64,000 nt of DNA from NCBI GenBank assembly GCA_910589025.1, contig CAJURM010000011.1, positions 675 through 64,674 on the forward strand. The letters are read 5' to 3'. Shown in pieces: positions 32,663 to 41,809 of the stretch. The DNA comes from an uncultured Odoribacter sp. (GTDB lineage Bacteria; Bacteroidota; Bacteroidia; Bacteroidales; Marinifilaceae). The notes below the pieces were generated by a model. It did not search any database. It had not been told where the DNA came from and saw only the letters and a list, made by a program, of their open reading frames with translations. The position numbers and the translations under genes were made by a program. How positions within the stretch are numbered: position 1 is the stretch's first letter; every line of letters begins with the position of its first letter.

Positions 32663-33304
32663 ATGAGCGAAAAAGAATCATTATTTTCAGCAAAGAACCG
32701 GCAGTTACTCCTGGGACCTTTGAGCAAGAACAACCCGGTAATCGTCCAGATTCTGGGTATCTGCTCCGCTCTGGCAGTAACGGCAAAATTAGAACCGGCC
32801 ATCGTTATGGGAATTGCAGTAACGGCAGTCACCGCTTTTTCCAATGTCATACTCTCCCTGTTACGCAATACGATTCCGAACCGTATCCGTATCATCGTCC
32901 AGTTGGTCGTTGTGGCGGCACTGGTAATCATCGTAGACCAGCTTCTGAAAGCCTACGCTTACGAAATCAGCAAACAGCTGTCTGTCTTTGTGGGTCTGAT
33001 TATCACGAACTGTATTATCATGGGACGCATTGAAGCCTTTGCCCTGGGCAACCGCCCCTGGCCCGCCCTGTTGGACGGTATCGGAAGCGGACTGGGCTAC
33101 GGCCTGATACTTGTTATCGTGGCTTTCTTCCGCGAACTGTTGGGCTCCGGAACCCTGTTCGGCATACAGGTTATCCCGCAGATATGCTATGACTGGGGCT
33201 ACCGCAACAACGGACTGATGATCCTGGCACCGATGGCCCTGATACTTGTCGGTATCGTTATCTGGGTACACCGTTCCAGAAACAAGGACTTAATTGAAAA
33301 ATAA
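32663..33304 (+). CDS. nqrD: Na+-NQR subunit D
   Basis: [23 protein letters not shown]. Confidence 0.96.
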   Translation: MSEKESLFSAKNRQLLLGPLSKNNPVIVQILGICSALAVTAKLEPAIVMGIAVTAVTAFSNVILSLLRNTIPNRIRIIVQLVVVAALVIIVDQLLKAYAYEISKQLSVFVGLIITNCIIMGRIEAFALGNRPWPALLDGIGSGLGYGLILVIVAFFRELLGSGTLFGIQVIPQICYDWGYRNNGLMILAPMALILVGIVIWVHRSRNKDLIEK

Positions 33305-33321
33305 AGAAAAGAGAAGAAGAT

Positions 33322-33942
33322 ATGGAAAATTTATTAAACATATTTGTCCGTTCTATATTCATCGACAACATGATTTTCGCATACTTCCTGGGTATGTGTT
33401 CCTATCTTGCCGTGTCGAAGACCGTTAAAACCTCCTTCGGTCTGGGTATAGCCGTGATTTTCGTACTGTTCATTACAGTGCCCGTAAACTACCTGCTCGA
33501 CAATTATGTGCTAAAAGCCGGAGCCTTAACCTGGCTGCTTGGCGAGGAAGCCGCCGGCATCGACCTCAGCTTCCTGAGTCTCATCATGTTTATTGCCATC
33601 ATTGCCGCCATGGTGCAGCTGGTGGAAATGATTGTCGAAAAATTCGCGCCGGCCTTATACAACCAGTTGGGTATATTCCTTCCCTTGATTGCCGTTAACT
33701 GTGCCATCATGGGAGCCTCATTGTTCATGCAGCAAAGGGATTATGCCAACGTAGCGGAAGTAACCGCTTTCGGCTTGGGTTCCGGCATCGGATGGATGCT
33801 GGCCATTGTCGGCATTGCCGCCATTCGGGAGAAGTTGAAATATTCCAACATTCCGGCTCCGCTGAGAGGCATCGGTATCACGTTCATCGTAACGGGACTG
33901 ATGGCTATCTCTTTTATGAGCTTTTTGGGGATCAATCTCTAA
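33322..33942 (+). CDS. nqrE: Na+-NQR subunit E
   Basis: [22 protein letters not shown]. Confidence 0.96.
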   Translation: MENLLNIFVRSIFIDNMIFAYFLGMCSYLAVSKTVKTSFGLGIAVIFVLFITVPVNYLLDNYVLKAGALTWLLGEEAAGIDLSFLSLIMFIAIIAAMVQLVEMIVEKFAPALYNQLGIFLPLIAVNCAIMGASLFMQQRDYANVAEVTAFGLGSGIGWMLAIVGIAAIREKLKYSNIPAPLRGIGITFIVTGLMAISFMSFLGINL

Positions 33943-33984
33943 ATGCAGATTCACTCGGTCTAAAACTTAAAAACTAATAATAAC

Positions 33985-35253
33985 ATGATAGCATTAGCAA
34001 TCAATACGACAATTGTTTCTGCCGGCATTGTAGTATTTCTTATCGTCACCCTGGTGCTCGTGGGAACCCTTTTGTTCGCAAAAGCCAAACTGACCCCCAA
34101 AGGAGACGTGCAGATCGACATCAATGACGGAGACAGAGTATTAACCACCCAACCGGGAGGCTCACTGCTGGCCGCTTTGGGAAACCAGAAAATCTTCCTT
34201 CCCTCCGCCTGCGGGGGAAAAGGCTCTTGCGGTATGTGTAAATGCCAGGTATTGTCCGGAGCAGGGAGTATCCTCCCGACGGAAACCGGCTTTTTCTCCT
34301 ACAAGCAGCAGCACGACAACTGGCGTCTGGCCTGCCAGGTGAAAGTGAAAGAAAACATCAAAATGAAAATCCCGGAATCCGTTCTGGGAATCAAGAAATG
34401 GGAATGTACCGTGGTGTCCAACCGCAACATCTCCACTTTCCTGAAAGAGTTTGTGGTGAAACTGCCCGAAGGCGAAAACCTGAAATTCAAATCGGGAGGA
34501 TACATCCAAATCGACGTGCCTGCGCTTGACGTAGATTTCCGGACGATGGACATCGACGAAAAATACAAAGCCGACTGGGAAAAGATGAAGATGTTCGACC
34601 TCAAGATGCACAACCCGGAACCGACCTACCGCGCCTATTCCATGGCCAACTCTCCGGCAGAAGGCAATATCATCATGCTGAACATCCGTATCGCCACTCC
34701 TCCGTTCGACCGCGCTACAGGCGCATTCATGCCGGTGAATCCGGGAATCTGCTCGTCTTTCATCTTCTCCCGCAAACCGGGAGACAAAGTGACGATTTCC
34801 GGACCTTACGGAGAGTTCTTCCTGCGCGAAACGAACAACGAAATGATGTTTATCGGCGGTGGTGCCGGTATGGCGCCGATGCGCTCCCACATTTTCAACC
34901 TGTTCCACACGATGCATACAAAACGGAAAGTCAGCTTCTGGTATGGCGCCCGTGCCCTCCAGGAAGCTCCCTATGTGGATGAATTCAACAAGATACAGGA
35001 AGAAAATCCGAATTTCCACTGGACACTGGCGTTAGACCGTCCGGACCCGGTGGCAGATGCCGCCGGAGTGGCTTATAAACCGGGATTCGTCCACCAGGTG
35101 ATTTTCGAAAACTATCTGAAAAACCACGAAAATCCCGAAGACATCGAGTACTACCTCTGCGGACCTCCCATGATGATTTCGGCAGTAACCAAAATGCTGT
35201 ACGACCTGGGTGTGCCCGACGAAAATGTCATGTACGACAACTTCGGTGGTTAA
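33985..35253 (+). CDS. nqrF: Na+-NQR subunit F
   Basis: SACGGKGSCGMC, RAYSMAN, GGGAGMAP, YLCGPP, DNFGG. Confidence 0.97.
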   Translation: MIALAINTTIVSAGIVVFLIVTLVLVGTLLFAKAKLTPKGDVQIDINDGDRVLTTQPGGSLLAALGNQKIFLPSACGGKGSCGMCKCQVLSGAGSILPTETGFFSYKQQHDNWRLACQVKVKENIKMKIPESVLGIKKWECTVVSNRNISTFLKEFVVKLPEGENLKFKSGGYIQIDVPALDVDFRTMDIDEKYKADWEKMKMFDLKMHNPEPTYRAYSMANSPAEGNIIMLNIRIATPPFDRATGAFMPVNPGICSSFIFSRKPGDKVTISGPYGEFFLRETNNEMMFIGGGAGMAPMRSHIFNLFHTMHTKRKVSFWYGARALQEAPYVDEFNKIQEENPNFHWTLALDRPDPVADAAGVAYKPGFVHQVIFENYLKNHENPEDIEYYLCGPPMMISAVTKMLYDLGVPDENVMYDNFGG

Positions 35254-35260
35254 ATATCCG

Positions 35261-35290
35261 AAAAAACCTGTCTGCAAAGGCAGGTTTTTT
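35261..35290 (+). terminator. nqr operon terminator
   Basis: AAAAAACCTGTCT-GCAA-AGGCAGGTTTTTT. Confidence 0.8.
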
Positions 35291-35327
35291 CATGAAGTCC
35301 CCTATCTTTGTTTTGTATCAAAATAAT

Positions 35328-36473
35328 ATGTCCATGAAACTTCTTTTATTCATCATGCTGTGTATACCGTCTCTCCTGCATGCCCAGGAAGAGACCCAAT
35401 ACCTCAAAGGAGCCGTACCCGAAATCAACGGAAAAGTCACTTTTACCCGGACCATCGAAGCCCAGGCCCTGTCACAGGAACAGATTTTCAAGATTGCACA
35501 GCAATGGGCGGAACAGCAATTCATCAGCAAAGACGGATTCAGAAGCCGCGTATTGTATGCCAATGCCCCCAAGGGAGAACTGGCCTGCCTGGGCGAGGAG
35601 TATTTAGTATTTGCCGACAAGGCCCTCTCTCTCGACCGGGCTAAAATTTCCTACCAATTGCACCTGCATGTCACCCCCGGAAAATGCGAAGCCAAAGTCC
35701 TGTCCATCCGCTACACGTATGAAAACGAAGAGCTGACGGCGGAAAACACAATCACCGACGGACACGCCCTGTACAAAAATAAAAACAAGCTGATCCGCCA
35801 ACCGGGAAAGTTCAGAACCCACACAATCGACTTGGTTGAAAAACTGTTTGCAGGTTTGCAGACAGCCATCAATCCGGCAGGCAATCCCCCTGCCCCAACG
35901 CCGGTCCCCGCCCATCCCTCGGTCTCCCTCCCGGCAACAACGTCTGCCCCGGTATCCCCTTCTCCCCTGCAAGGATTCAAACAAATCTCCGCAGAGCAGA
36001 TTCCCGGCAACATCATCCGGCTGCTTTCGCAGGACTGGATGCTGATTACTGCCGGCAGCGCCGACCGTTTCAATACCATGACTGCGAGCTGGGGCGGATT
36101 GGGCCATTTGTATAACAAGCCCGTAACCTTCTGTTTTATCAACCCGGCACGCTACACCTACCAGTTTATGGAAAAAGAGGACACCTACACCCTCTCTTTC
36201 TATACGGAAGCCTACCGCGATGCCCTGAAATATTGCGGCAGCCATTCGGGCAAAGACACGGACAAAATCAAAGCAAGCGGCCTCACACCGATGATTACCC
36301 CCAACGGCTCCCCGGTCTTTTCCGAAGCCTGGCTGATTATCGAATGCCGCAAATTAGTCTCCCAGTCCCTCATCCCCGAATCCCTCGGCGATGAGGCACT
36401 CCGTGCCGAATGGAGCGGCAAGCCGATGCACAAAATGTATATCGGCGAAATTCTCAATGTCTGGGTCAAATAA
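35328..36473 (+). CDS. DUF4468-like domain fused to flavin reductase-like domain
   Basis: Signal peptide; YLKGAVPEINGKVTF; Pro-rich linker; WMLITAG..FNTMTASWGG...HKMYIGEI. Confidence 0.8.
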   Translation: MSMKLLLFIMLCIPSLLHAQEETQYLKGAVPEINGKVTFTRTIEAQALSQEQIFKIAQQWAEQQFISKDGFRSRVLYANAPKGELACLGEEYLVFADKALSLDRAKISYQLHLHVTPGKCEAKVLSIRYTYENEELTAENTITDGHALYKNKNKLIRQPGKFRTHTIDLVEKLFAGLQTAINPAGNPPAPTPVPAHPSVSLPATTSAPVSPSPLQGFKQISAEQIPGNIIRLLSQDWMLITAGSADRFNTMTASWGGLGHLYNKPVTFCFINPARYTYQFMEKEDTYTLSFYTEAYRDALKYCGSHSGKDTDKIKASGLTPMITPNGSPVFSEAWLIIECRKLVSQSLIPESLGDEALRAEWSGKPMHKMYIGEILNVWVK

Positions 36474-36486
36474 CAACGACACACAT

Positions 36487-36522
36487 AAAAAACAGAGCTG
36501 CCGGAATCTTTCCGGCAGCTCT
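36487..36522 (-). terminator. Terminator closing the DUF6266 cassette (probably bidirectional)
   Basis: Perfect 13-bp stem AGAGCTGCCGGAA/TTCCGGCAGCTCT with minus-strand T6. Confidence 0.8.
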
Positions 36523-36544
36523 TCTCGTGAAAGACTAAAAAGAC

Positions 36545-36730
36545 TTACTGTCTCCGGGAATTTCTTTTCTCCCAGCGCCAGCGGAGCCACGCTACAAAGA
36601 CAGTACTGCAAACACCGCCGATCAGGCTGACCAGTGTTTCCTGCCAGGCTCCCCCATTCTGAGCATCAAACATATTCGTGATACTGAATGTAGACAACCA
36701 GCCGGTGGCAAAATAAAACAACCTGTGCAT
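36545..36730 (-). CDS. Small membrane protein (61 aa)
   Basis: Hydrophobic helix followed by basic tail WLRWRWEKR; starts 9 nt after the upstream stop. Confidence 0.65.
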   Translation of the reverse strand: MHRLFYFATGWLSTFSITNMFDAQNGGAWQETLVSLIGGVCSTVFVAWLRWRWEKRNSRRQ

Positions 36731-36739
36731 AACACCCTC

Positions 36740-37378
36740 CTATTCTCCGGTTAAAGTGAAATGAGACGTACGCGACACCTGCGTGCCCGTTTCATTGCGG
36801 GCAAAGGCATAAAACTCGCAGTTTTCAGCGACCCAGTCTTCGGGCAGTTCCTCTGCGGTCACGCCTCCCTTCTCCCGGGTATTCAATTCATAAACCTCCG
36901 TTTCTTTCTGCACTTTCTCATAGGCCACGACCCAGACTACGTCCGACGTATCGCACGAGAACGTGCGTTTTTGTACCGTCTGGGTAAAAACAAACTGATT
37001 GTCCTCTTGCCTGTATGCCACCGCCACTTTCGGCAATTTCAGCCCGTCCGAAGAACATACCAGCTTTTTGAAATCAACGGTTGCTTGAAAGCGGTCGTCA
37101 ACCGTAACGGCACCCAGATTATCCTGTATAAAACAATGGATGCCGCTTTTCAGTCCGACAATCCCCGGATAGCTGATACGGAATACCGGGCGGAATCTCT
37201 TGGCAAGCTGTACCAACAACGCCATCTTGGCCCGCTGCACCCGCTGTTTATCCGTACGCGGATTACGCACATTCAAAGGCTTTCCCCTCACTATACTAAC
37301 GCCTTTCACTCCATACATCGTCAGGTTTGCTACTGATTTCTTCACATTCCCCAACAAAAAAGAATTAAAAATTGCCAT
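36740..37378 (-). CDS. DUF6266-like protein, paralog 2
   Basis: N-terminus MA..LLG.V..SV.N..Y..KG..IVR.KP...NPRT.KQ..QR; C-terminal beta-rich YAF motif. Confidence 0.7.
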   Translation of the reverse strand: MAIFNSFLLGNVKKSVANLTMYGVKGVSIVRGKPLNVRNPRTDKQRVQRAKMALLVQLAKRFRPVFRISYPGIVGLKSGIHCFIQDNLGAVTVDDRFQATVDFKKLVCSSDGLKLPKVAVAYRQEDNQFVFTQTVQKRTFSCDTSDVVWVVAYEKVQKETEVYELNTREKGGVTAEELPEDWVAENCEFYAFARNETGTQVSRTSHFTLTGE

Positions 37379-37499
37379 AACTTCTACATTTTAAAATTCA
37401 ACTTTTCGGATAACGTGATTCCACTATGGAAATCTTACTGCCTTTTCCCATCCGGGGAAAGGGGTGAGCGGATGAATCTCTCCGGTAGAGTTTTTATTT

Positions 37500-38144
37500 T
37501 TAGTCCGTTCTGATTCTGCAATAACAATCCTTGGAATAAAACCCTGAGCTTACACCGGCAAAAAAACAGTAGGCAGCACACGGAACGGATGAATCCGGAG
37601 GCAACAGTAATGTAACCGTTCCATCCCTGCGCACGGCGCCGGTCTGCTGGGGTGGATAGACCGTAAATTCGTCGTTCTCATACACAATCACGGTAACCAA
37701 CTGGTCATCTGTTTTCTGCTTCCCCACACGCACATTATTTTTCCATGTCAACCGCACCGCGTTCTCTTCTTTCAACCACCGGCACTTCAAGCAATATGGC
37801 CTCGCCAAGGGGCCCACGCTGAAACGCAAACAGGTATAATCGGTCAGCTTCCCATTGTCGTCAAAAGCGCGGCAATTGTGTTTCACAAACAAGCAACAAC
37901 TATTCATCAGCGTATTCTCGACAGCGGCCCTCCACACCTGCAACAGAAATGTGGATTTTACCACCCGGTAAAAAGCGATCACAGCGGTAAACTGCCGACG
38001 GTGACTCAGCTGCGATTCCGAAGGTTTCCGTTTTTTTCTGACCGGCAGCCTCCGGAGAAACACTTTGCCGTTTCTCCGGTAAAAAACCATATTGTCGATT
38101 TTACCGGTAATACTCACAAATAAAGGATGACGTATCTGTGCCAT
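37500..38144 (-). CDS. DUF6266-like protein, paralog 1
   Basis: ITGKIDNMVFYRRNGKVFLRRLP...PSESQL.HR..F; C-terminal YCFF. Confidence 0.65.
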   Translation of the reverse strand: MAQIRHPLFVSITGKIDNMVFYRRNGKVFLRRLPVRKKRKPSESQLSHRRQFTAVIAFYRVVKSTFLLQVWRAAVENTLMNSCCLFVKHNCRAFDDNGKLTDYTCLRFSVGPLARPYCLKCRWLKEENAVRLTWKNNVRVGKQKTDDQLVTVIVYENDEFTVYPPQQTGAVRRDGTVTLLLPPDSSVPCAAYCFFAGVSSGFYSKDCYCRIRTD

Positions 38145-38155
38145 AATCTTTGATT

Positions 38156-38740
38156 TTAGTCCAATACAATTCTTTTTTTCACTTCTTCAAAAGGGAAAGC
38201 CGGACCGGGGTCCACCTTCCGCACGGAGATGTCCGAATGGCGCACAAGCCAGCGAATCGGGTAGCGTGCTTTGAGCAGGAGGCAAACCTCCACCAGGCAG
38301 TCCAGCTGTTCCCGGGTATATGTATGATAGTAAGCCGCGTGTCCGTTTTCCACCGTCGTAAAGACCATATCCGGCATATACTCTTTGTTAAACCAGGAAT
38401 AAAACCTGCCTTTCCTGCGATGGAGCCGTCCGGCATTGTCAAGCTCGATGCCTATCGAAAAATCGTTTACCCCGGGACGTCCGTCCCATTCGCTGACACC
38501 CGCATGCCACGCCTGCACATTGAAAGGAAGCAACTGAATCACCTGCCCGGTGCGTCCGATGACGATATGGGCCGATACCGACGTGTCGGGGCGCGCCAGA
38601 TACTGGGCCGAGGACATCGCATTGGCCCCGTCGGTCGAATGCAGGACCAGGGTGTCTGCCATCTCCAGCAAACGGCTGCATTTGGCACAATGGATCTGTC
38701 TGACTTTCTCACCCATTAATAAATGTTCCTCGATTCTCAT
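38156..38740 (-). CDS. N-acetylmuramoyl-L-alanine amidase (Amidase_2/AmpD-like)
   Basis: VLHST, SAHIVI, AWHAG, SIGIEL, HSDI..RKVDPG; ATG at 38740 overlaps the holin stop (ATGA). Confidence 0.9.
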   Translation of the reverse strand: MRIEEHLLMGEKVRQIHCAKCSRLLEMADTLVLHSTDGANAMSSAQYLARPDTSVSAHIVIGRTGQVIQLLPFNVQAWHAGVSEWDGRPGVNDFSIGIELDNAGRLHRRKGRFYSWFNKEYMPDMVFTTVENGHAAYYHTYTREQLDCLVEVCLLLKARYPIRWLVRHSDISVRKVDPGPAFPFEEVKKRIVLD

Positions 38741-39105
38741 GACCTGCCTCCTTTCCAGCGACCGGTAATTTTTTCGGCACTCCGGCCAATGACGTATCCT
38801 CCGATACCGATTTCCAGCAGGTCCCAGAACCTCGAGGTATCCGCCAGAATGGGCAGCTCCCAAAAAGTCCCGGCCAGCACGATAACAGCAAATACCAACA
38901 TAACCACAGGACGCCAGGAACGTTGCAGCCAGTTGCCCTGTGTTTCCGAGCGGATGATGGCAGCCCGGCTCCGGTTCAGTTCCTCTTCGTGTTTGTTTAC
39001 AGCCTGTAATAACTCGGCTTCAATCCGTTTTTTCTCTTTGGAGGAGACCGACAGAGTATTGACCACGCCGCCGATTTCTCCGATTAATCCAGATAATAGT
39101 TTCAT
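38737..39105 (-). CDS. Holin-like membrane protein (3TM/GTA-holin type)
   Basis: Coiled N-terminus, WLQRSWRP motif, TM helix, GGYVIGRSAEK; translationally coupled to the amidase. Confidence 0.75.
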   Translation of the reverse strand: MKLLSGLIGEIGGVVNTLSVSSKEKKRIEAELLQAVNKHEEELNRSRAAIIRSETQGNWLQRSWRPVVMLVFAVIVLAGTFWELPILADTSRFWDLLEIGIGGYVIGRSAEKITGRWKGGRS

Positions 39106-39328
39106 AGCATTCCGATTTTAGTAAATAATCCATTCCCCGGGAATTACTGTTTGCTACGACTAAATTACACCCTCTCCGCCCCCTCCTCACCAGCGTCCTG
39201 TCAAGAAAGCAGAGAAAAAACAGAAAAAGAAATAAACAAATCAGAATCAAGATGTTGCAAAACAACATTCCTTCGCTATTATACATAATTATCGAAGCAG
39301 AAGGAGGGTTTCCGGCTAAAATGAGGTA

Positions 39329-40012
39329 TTATTTCAAGTCCTGATTGCTCCAATGGTCCCTGTATTTCCCCTGGAGCCAATAAAGAAAAGAGTGGGGACG
39401 GGAGCGACGGCCTATTTCTCCCAGCCGATGGCAGGGGCGCTCGGGAATCGGCAAATTGAAGTAACCGAAAAGGCGTTTGAAATACCATCGTTTGGTCTCT
39501 CCCGACGAAACGGGCTTCACTTTTCCGAACATCCAGAGTGCATCCCCCAATTCGAGCAGTTCAATCTCCTGCCCCGTCCAGAGATGGTGGCCCCGGTATA
39601 TGGAAAGATAGGAGTCAAACAAGTCTTTCAGACGCACCCACGCATCGTATTGTATTTTCAAATATCCCTGCAACAAACGACGGAACGAGTCATCCATTTC
39701 CCTGCCGGAAACAATCACCTCCCCGCAACGGATCAACAAATTGCGGTGACACACCACTTCCGCCTCTTCCCACACAAACATCTCCCCCGCCTGCAACAAT
39801 ATGGTTGAGAAATATTCCCGTTGGAAAAGCTGAATATCCGCATTTTGAAGTTCTTCCACAAGCTTCCGGTAAAGCTGTAACCACATCCGGATATATTGCC
39901 GCCGGGTCCGGCAACCGTTGTACACACAACGGTTTGTCACCCTTCCGGAAGACAGGGAGACATCCGCCTCCATGAGTTCCGTAATATAATTATCAAATGC
40001 CCCCAATAACAT
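39329..40012 (-). CDS. RteC-like domain protein (putative regulator)
   Basis: C-terminal WTGQEIELLELGDAL..G......F..LF..FN....R.R...FL..L pattern resembles RteC. Confidence 0.6.
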   Translation of the reverse strand: MLLGAFDNYITELMEADVSLSSGRVTNRCVYNGCRTRRQYIRMWLQLYRKLVEELQNADIQLFQREYFSTILLQAGEMFVWEEAEVVCHRNLLIRCGEVIVSGREMDDSFRRLLQGYLKIQYDAWVRLKDLFDSYLSIYRGHHLWTGQEIELLELGDALWMFGKVKPVSSGETKRWYFKRLFGYFNLPIPERPCHRLGEIGRRSRPHSFLYWLQGKYRDHWSNQDLK

Positions 40013-40043
40013 AACCGCTCAATATTAAAAACTGTTTCCCAGG

Positions 40044-40179
40044 GGTTTCGCTGACTCAGCTTCGGTACAGAATGCTTGTAGCATGCTTACAGCATGCTTG
40101 GCCAAGCTTTCATTAAGCCAACTACAAGCATTCTGAAGCGTTTCTGATACAGCGAAACCATAGCGAAACGCCTACGAAA
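40044..40179. repeat. 116-bp imperfect palindrome with 11-bp-phased short repeats
   Basis: Five symmetric blocks share the centre 40101/40102; ATGCTT, AAGC and CGAAA recur every 11 bp. Confidence 0.85.
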
Positions 40180-40432
40180 TGCCTGTCCAGTTACACCCAT
40201 CATAACAAGTATTGCATTCCCTAATATTTACAAACATAACACAAATATTAATATTTTTAAACATTTTTACCCCTAAAATTCAAACTAAAATCCAAAAATC
40301 AGTGATATTTTGTTCCCCAAAACCGATATACGGATAATTATCCGAACAGATTGCCCGAAAAGTGTAAAGATTCTATCCCCGTCGGTTTTTACTCCAGACC
40401 TTTCATCATCATCGCACCCATTTCCCTGACAT

Positions 40433-40930
40433 TTTGATGTGACAAACGACCTGTTCGCCAATCATTCGTGGTACTTCCGTAATGCGCTGGTACGTGCCAA
40501 CTACCAAAACGTGCAAAAAGGCATCATGCGTAATTCCGAATATTTGGAGCGCTTCTTTCGTAATCTTCTATGGGGTGAAACGAATGAATTGCGGAATCGA
40601 TATATGTTGGTCAATACTCAAGAAGAGTTGACTATCAAACAAGTACAGCAAATCAACCGTACAAGTACCGAACAACCTACCGTACAAGTAACCGAACAAG
40701 TTCGCACTTTGTTGTCAGCTTTGTCAAACAAACAGTTATCGTTAAAAGTATTGATGGAGGAAGTAGGCTTGAAACATCGTCCGACATTTTTGGAGAACTA
40801 TATAAACCCCGCTTTCGAGGTTGGTTTTCTCAGGGTTCTATATCCCGACAAGTCTAATCACCCGAGACAAAAATACCTGCTTACGGCAAAAGGGCTGGCT
40901 TTATATAACGAAATCAAGAAAATGCAATAG
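40433..40930 (+). pseudogene. 5'-truncated Fic-family protein (C-terminal part with HTH)
   Basis: FDVTNDLFANHSWYFRNALVRANY, FFRNLL..E.NELRNR, T.Q repeats, HPRQKY; Fic motif HPFxxGNxR absent. Confidence 0.75.
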
Positions 40931-41228
40931 TCTTGATAATTGCTTCCATTTCGTACCTCCACGTCCCGGCATCCATTCCAACGCTCCGGAAGAAAGCGGT
41001 AAATAAACAGGCACTTTTGTCTTTTGCATAGATACTGCCAAACAGTATTGTCCTCTGTCAACAAAACCATCTTTCCATTTTGAAAATGAAACACCCGGTC
41101 ACGGAAAGCATAAAACCCATAAATAACACGGGAAGGGATTGAAGTTGCCATTTGTGACTTCCATCGGAGAGGGCAAAAAAGAGAGGCAGACCCCCTCTGC
41201 CTCTACTCTTTTTACCTGTCGGAACGGG

Positions 41229-41672
41229 TTATTTCATGCTCTTCAGATTGAGGGCATAAAGTACAATGAAGAGAATCGCCCAGAAGGCTGCCCCCCAAAT
41301 AGCCCACTGTCCGCCCATCAAGCCGGGGAGCACAACAATCAATACCTGTGCCAGGGTATACAGATAGAATCCCATGCGTTTGAGTTGAAACATCAGGATT
41401 GCACCCGTCAGGCTCAAAATGCTAAGCACTAACTGATAAGGAGCCAGTTTGCTTGCCAGCATAAAAGACGCTGTCATTTCCTCCGCCTTTTCTTCCCCCA
41501 ATATCTCCGCAAATTGCAGCGACATTCCGTCCATGAAAGAAGAGGGCATAAACAATACCGCCAGTTCGGATAATATCGAAAAGCCTGCTCCGATAAAAGT
41601 CAGGATACACAATACGGTCAGAAAAGCAGTGCGTTTGTTCGGCTGTTTTTCTTCTTCAAAAGGATTTTCCAT
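41229..41672 (-). CDS. Hypothetical 4-TM membrane protein
   Basis: FLTVLCILTFIG, GAILM.QLKR.GFYLY; terminator hairpin at 41176-41209. Confidence 0.75.
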   Translation of the reverse strand: MENPFEEEKQPNKRTAFLTVLCILTFIGAGFSILSELAVLFMPSSFMDGMSLQFAEILGEEKAEEMTASFMLASKLAPYQLVLSILSLTGAILMFQLKRMGFYLYTLAQVLIVVLPGLMGGQWAIWGAAFWAILFIVLYALNLKSMK

Positions 41673-41809
41673 AGTTTTATTTGTTTTAAGATTCCTGTCA
41701 AAAGTAAATAAAAATAAAAAAAGGGGAAAGTAATTGTCTGCAAAAGTTTGTTAAGTACAAGGGAATGCCCTAAATTTGAGGAAAAATTTATACTAAAAAC
41801 AATACTCCT

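Noticed and set aside
39020..39286. 88-aa minus ORF between the RteC-like gene and the holin
   Set aside because: The hydrophobic stretch derives from an A-rich tract and the ORF overlaps the holin by 86 nt. It could be a real small membrane protein but is unsupported.
40044..40179. CRISPR array interpretation of the short repeats
   Set aside because: Period is 11 bp with no spacers, and there are no cas genes.
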